Below are positions 57,407 to 64,000 of a DNA stretch of 64,000 nt, one piece after another. Within the stretch, counting starts at the first letter, position 1; every line of letters begins with the position of its first letter. The notes under the pieces are model-generated. The model saw only the letters and a program-made list of their open reading frames with translations. It had not been told where the DNA came from and made no database searches. Source of the stretch: a virus; the IMG/VR virus record IMGVR_UViG_3300026136_000008. One strand, written 5' to 3'. Made by a program: the position numbers and the translations under genes.

Positions 57407-57830
57407 TTTCTTCTATAATAATAGCAGCGGAGTACGCCATAATCTCAATCATGTTTGTTGCTTTACGTACTTTAGATTTGAGTGCTCTATTTTTAGAAGC
57501 TTTAATTTCTGGTATTTCAAATGAATCAACCTTTGCAGCAAATAAAGCTTCATTTTTTGCTTTATCCATTTCGGCTTTTTGTTCAGCTGCGCGTACTGCT
57601 TGATTTTCGTGATGTGCCTCAGCCTTCTTTTTAGTGATGGCTTTAATTTCTTCGTGAGTGAACGTATTAAAGATCTCCTTCCAATCAGGATTATCTTTTT
57701 GTCCATCGGGAGTGTTACTTACTGAAACGGTTTGATTTGTGCCATCTGCAAATTCAAAATTACATACGATGATATCACAACTCTTGTCCGCGTAATACGG
57801 CTCAAGTATTTTTCTGCCTTCTACAGCCAT
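57375..57830 (-). CDS. Hypothetical protein
   Basis: ORF in operon; GAGG SD; late promoter at 57862-57869. Confidence 0.6.
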   Translation of the reverse strand: MAVEGRKILEPYYADKSCDIIVCNFEFADGTNQTVSVSNTPDGQKDNPDWKEIFNTFTHEEIKAITKKKAEAHHENQAVRAAEQKAEMDKAKNEALFAAKVDSFEIPEIKASKNRALKSKVRKATNMIEIMAYSAAIIIEENGKEAEKPKA

Positions 57831-57861
57831 GATTTACCTCATTATATTAAATTATTAAAAT

Positions 57862-57869
57862 TATTTATA
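57862..57869 (-). promoter_or_regulatory. Late promoter TATAAATA
   Basis: Exact consensus ahead of the small modification island. Confidence 0.72.
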
Positions 57870-58268
57870 TCAACTCAAAAGATGCCATCCATCTATGTGT
57901 TCTACTCCTGTATCAGGGTTAATGTCTTTTGATGAAACTGTCCAGCCACCGGTTTGCAAACCAGAAGTATCCGTTGACCCGTTTGCTATAATGTCTGCTT
58001 TAAGTACATCTTCTGTCCATATTTGTTTAATAGCGTATCCATTACCTGCAGTTCCGCTAGATACTGGCTCACCATTAGATGTTAAGTATCTTGTTGATGT
58101 AACTCCAGTTGGCGGACTTGATTCAGCTGATCCAGCAGCATAACTATTATAATCTGCTATTGTATCGCCATTTCCTATACTAGCAAAATGTGCTTCCATT
58201 GCTTCATCAGCTGTATTAAATGCAGCTCCTTCTTTTTCGAAGTTAACTATTATATGATGATCTGCCAT
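57870..58268 (-). CDS. Hypothetical, probably virion-associated protein
   Basis: Gly/Ser/Thr-rich; follows 58270-59250 directly; AAGGA SD. Confidence 0.6.
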   Translation of the reverse strand: MADHHIIVNFEKEGAAFNTADEAMEAHFASIGNGDTIADYNSYAAGSAESSPPTGVTSTRYLTSNGEPVSSGTAGNGYAIKQIWTEDVLKADIIANGSTDTSGLQTGGWTVSSKDINPDTGVEHIDGWHLLS

Positions 58269-58269
58269 A

Positions 58270-59250
58270 TTATGCCGTCCTTAGCCACAATGAAACAGTA
58301 GAAACAGTTTCATTTGACGATTGAATTGTTGCACCGGTATAGTTACCAGTATATGTGCCAGAGTAATAACCTGTATATGTGCCAGTATATGTACCGGAAT
58401 ATGGACCTACCTGACGTCCTGAGTAGAATGTTGAATATGAACCAGTATAGTTACCAGTATAATCACCTGCATAAGCACCAGTATAATCACCAGCGTATGA
58501 TACATCTGTACGTTCTTTTCTTGTATCAGAGAAAGCATCGCCAACTCTTTGCCATGTTCCTGAAGCAGGAGCAGATGCTTGTAGTACATACTTACCAATA
58601 CCTGTATCTACAATAGACTCTTGATATATTTCTACTAAGTCATTAATCTCAGCATCAGATAATTCACTTAATCTGCTGTTACCTGCATCCCAAGCTAATG
58701 GACGTGTAGCAGTTGTATTCGAACCGGTTGTTCTCTTCCAAAGTTTAGTAGAGTTATTTACACCTGATTGAAACTTATTATTAATAGTAGCAACCTCAGA
58801 CCATGTACCTGTACCAGGAGCACTTGGTTGTAATACATATGAACCTACACCACCAGCAGCAATTTTAGCATTAACTCTGTCAATAATATCAGCTCTCATT
58901 TCAGCATCTGTCATTTCGATAATACCATCATAAGAACCAGAATCATATTTAACCGACATTGGTCTCCTTGTTGGAGTAGGAGTAACATCAGTTAGGTTTT
59001 GTCTAAAGACATAGTTATCTGTATGAATAGTTGTGTTAGCTGGGTGAGTACCAACAGCTTGATCACGTCTTGTATCTGCGAATGTACCAATGTCTGTCCA
59101 ACCTGATTCTGCATTCATAGCAAGGTGACCAGTATTATTAGAAGTCATTCCAGAAAAATGGTCTAGAATTAGATCTACATTGTCATCAATTTCTGCAGAT
59201 GACATCTCTTTTAACGAGCTTGATCCATTCCACTTTAAAGGTTTTGCCAT
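58270..59250 (-). CDS. Virion structural-type protein with three internal repeats and a (Y-x-G-x)13 insert
   Basis: KPLKW..EMSSAEI / RPMS..EMTDAEM / RPLAW..ELSDAEI repeats; YAGD YTGA YAGD YTGN YTGS... Confidence 0.7.
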   Translation of the reverse strand: MAKPLKWNGSSSLKEMSSAEIDDNVDLILDHFSGMTSNNTGHLAMNAESGWTDIGTFADTRRDQAVGTHPANTTIHTDNYVFRQNLTDVTPTPTRRPMSVKYDSGSYDGIIEMTDAEMRADIIDRVNAKIAAGGVGSYVLQPSAPGTGTWSEVATINNKFQSGVNNSTKLWKRTTGSNTTATRPLAWDAGNSRLSELSDAEINDLVEIYQESIVDTGIGKYVLQASAPASGTWQRVGDAFSDTRKERTDVSYAGDYTGAYAGDYTGNYTGSYSTFYSGRQVGPYSGTYTGTYTGYYSGTYTGNYTGATIQSSNETVSTVSLWLRTA

Positions 59251-59289
59251 AGTTATTTCCTCTTTATACTATATATATATATATCTTAA

Positions 59290-60900
59290 TTAAAACGTTC
59301 CGCCATCAATTGTTGATGTAGCGGTTGGGACACCTGATGAGTTGAATCCCATAACTTGGTATTGAGTACCTGTCTCAAATTCTAGAGCTGTACCACCAGT
59401 GTTGGCTATGAGTACACCGTTGGATGTAAATGCACTTAATCCTGTACCACCATGTGCTACTGCAACATCTGTACCTTGCCAAACACCTGTAGCAATAGTA
59501 CCAAGTGTTGTTATTGTATTTTGACCAGCATATGTATTTGCAATAGTAATCGCATCAGCACTTACAGTAATTTTATCTGCCGTACCGACTACATCAATCG
59601 TATTACCATTCTTAGTTAAACCATTTCCTGCTGCTATTTGACCAGCACCAGAGAATTGTTCAAAGTTTATTGCTGTTGAACCTAGTGTGATAGCACCGTT
59701 TGTACTTAATACATAACCATTATCAGCATTCGCAGTACCTTCTTCACAGAAAGTAAATGCGCCTGAAGTTAATTCAGAAGCAGCATCAGCATCTGGTGTT
59801 CTTGTTAGTACCCAATTTGATGAACCATCACCAACAGTTGTAACCTTATAGAAACCGTTTTGTGCTGCAGTTGACTGATCTTTAACAAGAACTCTATCAT
59901 TAACACTTAGAGTTACGCCGTCAATTTGAATAGCAGCTTGTGATCCTGAGTTAGTTAGTGTGCTTGGTGCAGTATTTACATAAGTTGCACCTAAGTTAGC
60001 AGTTGTTGCAACCTTAACAGATTTTTTAACATCTAATCCGTTTGCAACACTATCAACATATGTTTTATTAACAAGTGAATCTGAAGTAAATCCAGCACGA
60101 CCTTCATAACCTGAAGGAACCGTTACTGAACCTGTACCATTTGGTGCAAGTGCAATATTTCCATTGTTATCTGTTGATGATAATGTATTGCCATCTAATG
60201 TTAAGTTATCAACATCAACAGAGGTTAATCCATTTAAGTCTGTAATTGTGTCGCCTAGAGATGTATCATCACTACCAATTGTTATACCATCATTTACTAG
60301 TTTAGCATTAGCAATAGAAGTATTAGGAATATTAAGAGTGATTGTAATTTCATTATCTGATACTGCAGTATCAATACCTGTACCACCAGTATATGTTATT
60401 GTTTCACCAGTACTTACTGAATCATTTGAACCTGAATCAGCTGCTATACTTAATGTACTTACAACGGTACCAAATGATAGATTACCTGAACCGTCTGTTT
60501 TTAAGAATTGCCCAGCTGAACCATCCGCTGTTGGATGTGATAAACCATCGATAATGACATTACCAGATCCGTTTGGTGTAATTGTAATATCACCGTTTGT
60601 ATCTGTTGATGTAATGGCATTACCATTTAATGTTAGGTTATCAACATTTAATACATCAATTTTTGAATTCGCGTCTACTATAATTGCAGATGACGCGGTT
60701 AGCGTTCCTGCAGTGTGGTCCATCATATCGGTGAAGTGTTGTCCACCGATGACTCTTGCTACTACATCTGAGCCTGAAGTTTCACCTATAAAAAGTTTAT
60801 CTGAGCTAAATGAATAAGCTTGTTCACCTACCGCCAGAGCATCTGTTGCCGGATTGCCAGACGCTAAACTATATTTTGTGATAATGACTGTGCCTGCCAT
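59290..60900 (-). CDS. Tail fibre-like protein
   Basis: MAGT..LAVGEQAYSF N-terminal module; DRVLVKDQSTAAQNGFY fibre domain; VAHGGTG; ends in DGGTF. Confidence 0.8.
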   Translation of the reverse strand: MAGTVIITKYSLASGNPATDALAVGEQAYSFSSDKLFIGETSGSDVVARVIGGQHFTDMMDHTAGTLTASSAIIVDANSKIDVLNVDNLTLNGNAITSTDTNGDITITPNGSGNVIIDGLSHPTADGSAGQFLKTDGSGNLSFGTVVSTLSIAADSGSNDSVSTGETITYTGGTGIDTAVSDNEITITLNIPNTSIANAKLVNDGITIGSDDTSLGDTITDLNGLTSVDVDNLTLDGNTLSSTDNNGNIALAPNGTGSVTVPSGYEGRAGFTSDSLVNKTYVDSVANGLDVKKSVKVATTANLGATYVNTAPSTLTNSGSQAAIQIDGVTLSVNDRVLVKDQSTAAQNGFYKVTTVGDGSSNWVLTRTPDADAASELTSGAFTFCEEGTANADNGYVLSTNGAITLGSTAINFEQFSGAGQIAAGNGLTKNGNTIDVVGTADKITVSADAITIANTYAGQNTITTLGTIATGVWQGTDVAVAHGGTGLSAFTSNGVLIANTGGTALEFETGTQYQVMGFNSSGVPTATSTIDGGTF

Positions 60901-60933
60901 CCTATATCTCCTCTAATTTATATTTAAGCGGCA

Positions 60934-61185
60934 CTAAAATGTACCACCATTAATTTTTGTATTACTGTTCGTGTCTTCCATCACAGGTTTAACCTTAAAA
61001 GTACTTGATGACGCATCATATTGTATGATCGATCCATCAACTCTTGCAGATACATCAACATCTGTTAATGTGGATAACTGAGTAGTAAATGTTGAAACAG
61101 AAATATTTCTTGCAACTATTTCTTTTTGTTTCATTCCAGCACCTTGTAACGGCCTAGTTGCCGTAATCTTACCTTGTAATGCCAT
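60934..61185 (-). CDS. Small structural or fibre adaptor protein
   Basis: LSTLTDVD...DGSIIQYD module; ends in NGGTF. Confidence 0.65.
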   Translation of the reverse strand: MALQGKITATRPLQGAGMKQKEIVARNISVSTFTTQLSTLTDVDVSARVDGSIIQYDASSSTFKVKPVMEDTNSNTKINGGTF

Positions 61186-61520
61186 TACTGTGTTACTCCT
61201 GGAGTCACTGTTACTTGTCCTTCTATTACCCTAGTTTTTTCACCCGAAGATGTTTTTGTTATCTCTACATCATAAACATAACGCCCAGCTTTCATACCAT
61301 TTGTTACGCTATTAGCCAATGTTATTGTAATTTCACCTGCAGTAGCATTTGATACAGTTGCTCCAAAATCTATTGCAGTACTTGACGAATAGCTTTTTCT
61401 TATTTGTCCTGCAACAGTATATCCTGTTAAGTTTGCTACATTACCTGCAGCATCTTCTACAATAACCTCAGCACTATAATCTGCACCCTGATCTATACTT
61501 AAATTACTTAATATTGCCAT
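61185..61520 (-). CDS. Ig-like baseplate/fibre attachment protein (BppU-N-like)
   Basis: LSIDQGADY, GRYVYDVEI, RVIEGQVTV. Confidence 0.7.
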   Translation of the reverse strand: MAILSNLSIDQGADYSAEVIVEDAAGNVANLTGYTVAGQIRKSYSSSTAIDFGATVSNATAGEITITLANSVTNGMKAGRYVYDVEITKTSSGEKTRVIEGQVTVTPGVTQ

Positions 61521-61536
61521 TTTCTATGTATACCTC

Positions 61537-61544
61537 TATTTATA
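61537..61544 (-). promoter_or_regulatory. Late promoter TATAAATA
   Basis: Exact consensus. Confidence 0.72.
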
Positions 61545-61555
61545 TTTTTGTTGTT

Positions 61556-62764
61556 TTAGAACAGTTGGTTACCAGCGACATCAAAAACATCTAGCTTTGT
61601 TGATGTAGACGCTGTTGTTGTGATGCTAACATTACCTAAGTTTGTCATTGTTGCAGAACCTGTAACCGCACCAGTCAAAGTGATGGTTGGATCATTAACA
61701 TTAAAATCAAGTGTTCCGTCACCATCTTCGTAATCAACTGAAATACCACCTTCAGTATTACCTGATACCATTGCTCCGATAATATCCTGTACTTCTTCTG
61801 TAAAGTTATCGATATTACCTACAACGTGAGCGTGTCCATCATCAGCAATTGCTAAATTAATATTACCATTTGTATCATCATATGTAGCCGAGATACCACC
61901 TGTTTCCGTACCATCAAACATAGCACCTACAGCATCTTCAAAGGCTTCGCCTTGTTCAAAGAATACTGATTTTAAATCTGTTCCGCCATAACTTAATGTA
62001 GTCGCATTTAAATTACCTGATACATCTACTTTATGTGATCCATGCGCTGCTATACCAATACCAATTCTTTGATTTGAGTCAACTGTTATCGCTGTTCCCG
62101 AACCAGTACCTAATGTTAATGATGTTGCAGCACTTACACCAGCATTTGAACCACCTAATCCTGATGATGCAGTAATTAATTTACCAGTCATTGTATCACC
62201 GGCTACTGCTACAAAATTACTACCAATTGCTGCAATATCTGCTGTAGCTGTGGTTACTTCACCATGTAATTCTAAAATAGCAGGACCAACAGTGGATGCG
62301 GTTGTTCCCATTGCCGCTGCTGATATTGTACCTAGCTTAGTATTTATTGCAGCAATATCCGTGTCATTGCTTGTTATATTAGCTGTTTGAGTATTGTCAA
62401 CTGCATATTGAGCATTAAGAATAGCAACTAGAGTTGTCTCTGAACCATTATATCCAGATAAGCTTGAGCCTGCTAAGTTAATACCAGCGGTTGAAGCAAT
62501 TGTTTCAATATCTGCATGGTTTTTATTTGCAGCAAGTACTAACGCACCGTAATTTGATGTATCCCATAAGTCACCTATTGTACCGATGGCAGCCGCGGCC
62601 GCTTCAGTTGCAGTATCATGTATATTCAGCGCTGCAACAACCGTAGTTGCACCCGAATCATTTGCAGTTAGATTAGTTAAGTCACCAATCGCAGTACCTA
62701 ACTGGTTGGTTTTAACTCTCCATTCTTCAAATGTATTTGCTGTTGTTACGTTTACTGTTGCCAT
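61556..62764 (-). CDS. Fibre/whisker-like structural protein
   Basis: NTFEEWRVKTN N-terminus, coiled-coil segments, GDTMTG, HAH, VQDIIGAMV modules. Confidence 0.7.
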   Translation of the reverse strand: MATVNVTTANTFEEWRVKTNQLGTAIGDLTNLTANDSGATTVVAALNIHDTATEAAAAAIGTIGDLWDTSNYGALVLAANKNHADIETIASTAGINLAGSSLSGYNGSETTLVAILNAQYAVDNTQTANITSNDTDIAAINTKLGTISAAAMGTTASTVGPAILELHGEVTTATADIAAIGSNFVAVAGDTMTGKLITASSGLGGSNAGVSAATSLTLGTGSGTAITVDSNQRIGIGIAAHGSHKVDVSGNLNATTLSYGGTDLKSVFFEQGEAFEDAVGAMFDGTETGGISATYDDTNGNINLAIADDGHAHVVGNIDNFTEEVQDIIGAMVSGNTEGGISVDYEDGDGTLDFNVNDPTITLTGAVTGSATMTNLGNVSITTTASTSTKLDVFDVAGNQLF

Positions 62765-62765
62765 A

Positions 62766-62966
62766 TTATCTCTCTATTAATTGTTTTAACATATCTTTAA
62801 TTTCAGATACATCTTGTTCTACTTTATCCAAACGTTCTTGATGCACTCTTGCTTCTTCTTTAAGCGCAGCTCTATTCATAGAGTGTATCTTACTGTTACT
62901 CATATTTATAATCGCTCCAGACTTTGGATCTCTTGCTAAATTAGTATATCCTTCAACTTTTATCAT
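62766..62966 (-). CDS. Small conserved T4-like hypothetical protein
   Basis: IKVEG...LARDPKSGAIIN plus C-terminal coiled coil. Confidence 0.7.
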   Translation of the reverse strand: MIKVEGYTNLARDPKSGAIINMSNSKIHSMNRAALKEEARVHQERLDKVEQDVSEIKDMLKQLIER

Positions 62967-64000
62967 TATACTTGAAGTGCTATAGCTCTAAGTTGTTGAA
63001 CCATCGGTATATCACTTGTATTAGTAGATCTCATTACAATCTTAATAGCAAATAATGTAAATGTTGCTGCAGGTGTAATAGTATATACCGTCTCATTAAA
63101 TTCATAACCGTCTGAGAATGCAACTGTAGTTTCATCATTTGTTGCTAACACCCATGACTCTGTATCAAAATCTGCTAAGTTATTACCAGTCTTATGATAT
63201 ACGTCAATAAATGTATTATTCGGACGATGTAAATCCATAATTAGTTTAATTCCATCTGAATCATTTTGTAATTCAACAGTCTTTGTTACGTACTTCGCTA
63301 AGTTAGCACCACCCGCTGCTGTATCTTCACCACTTGTTACATTATCAATACGATTTCCAATAGTAATCAATGAACATCTTTCCATATCAATAACTGGTGA
63401 TAGGTAACTATTGCTTGATGTAAATGTAGACTCAAGTTCTACTGTGTGAGTTCCACCTGATTTAATCACCTTCGGACTTAACGGTGTATAATCTTCATTT
63501 GCTCTTATTGCTAATGCTGTCGTTCCAATAGTTGTACCATTACCTTGAGCTGTATCTTTAATTGTATACGTTGTTCCAGTATCAGGTAATATAAGTTCTT
63601 GAATAATTGGTTTAACTGTATTCCAAGCTAAATGCTGTGTTGCAGTACACGCTGCTCCACCACCAATACCTGTAGCACTACCGGTTCCAGCTGATACAAA
63701 TGTATATGTATCATGAGTCACAGCAGTAATTGTATGTGCTTTATTTAGATGCGTAGTAGTATGACCGTTAATCGTTGCAGCAACTCCAGCTATAGTAACT
63801 GAATCGCCAACTGCATGACCATGATCACGATGAGCAACAGTAATATTTTGTGAACCACTAGTTGTTGTAATTGGATTATTACCTAATGCTCTTGCTTCTA
63901 AAGTGTCATTTCTTAATACCGCATTACGTGTTTGCGAAGTATCAAACTCAGCTCTATGCATAACAAATGTTAAGTCTTTACCTTGCTCAGCAGTCCATGT
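62966..64000 (-). CDS. C-terminal part of a large virion structural protein (DUF4815/VrlC-like); starts outside the window
   Basis: Frame is open to the window edge (TWTAEQGKDLTFVMHRAEF); SPVID, KYVTKTVEL, FAIKIVM...LRAIAL. Confidence 0.75.
   Translation of the reverse strand, partial: TWTAEQGKDLTFVMHRAEFDTSQTRNAVLRNDTLEARALGNNPITTTSGSQNITVAHRDHGHAVGDSVTIAGVAATINGHTTTHLNKAHTITAVTHDTYTFVSAGTGSATGIGGGAACTATQHLAWNTVKPIIQELILPDTGTTYTIKDTAQGNGTTIGTTALAIRANEDYTPLSPKVIKSGGTHTVELESTFTSSNSYLSPVIDMERCSLITIGNRIDNVTSGEDTAAGGANLAKYVTKTVELQNDSDGIKLIMDLHRPNNTFIDVYHKTGNNLADFDTESWVLATNDETTVAFSDGYEFNETVYTITPAATFTLFAIKIVMRSTNTSDIPMVQQLRAIALQV

Noticed and set aside
47345-58500. CRISPR-like arrays in the repeat-rich regions
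   Set aside because: The repeats are in-frame, degenerate protein-coding repeats without unique spacers

Overview
A 64-kb, AT-rich segment of a T4-like myophage genome, probably marine and possibly infecting a gammaproteobacterium (inferred from a YfhL-type ferredoxin). Most genes lie on the minus strand. Layout: (1) 1-11.7 kb, the canonical T4 virion block gp23-22-21-68-67-20-19-18-17-16-(SNase)-15-14-13. (2) 11.7-17.3 kb, a transglycosylase-like protein, three probable head-internal proteins, a class-3 lipase, small membrane proteins and a 2[4Fe-4S] ferredoxin. (3) 17.3-24.1 kb, an inverted plus-strand operon behind a late promoter: two small membrane proteins, CsgF, CsgG, two curlin-like proteins, a FecR-domain protein and a CHASE2 adenylate cyclase. 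(4) 24.3-47.2 kb, a dense tailoring-enzyme island: 8 radical SAM/twitch enzymes, 2 QueC-like ATPases, 6 Fe(II)/2OG oxygenase domains, methyltransferases, an aminotransferase, a desaturase, a glycosyltransferase and flavin reductases. (5) 47.2-64 kb, modular tail-fibre and structural genes, interrupted by a second small modification island directly downstream of a Tyr-ladder (YxGx)13 protein. About 20 exact TATAAATA late promoters are visible, and seven of them are followed by ATG at exactly +6, suggesting leaderless mRNAs. No tRNA, rRNA, CRISPR array or mobile element was seen. All product calls come from motif recognition by eye, not from database searches.
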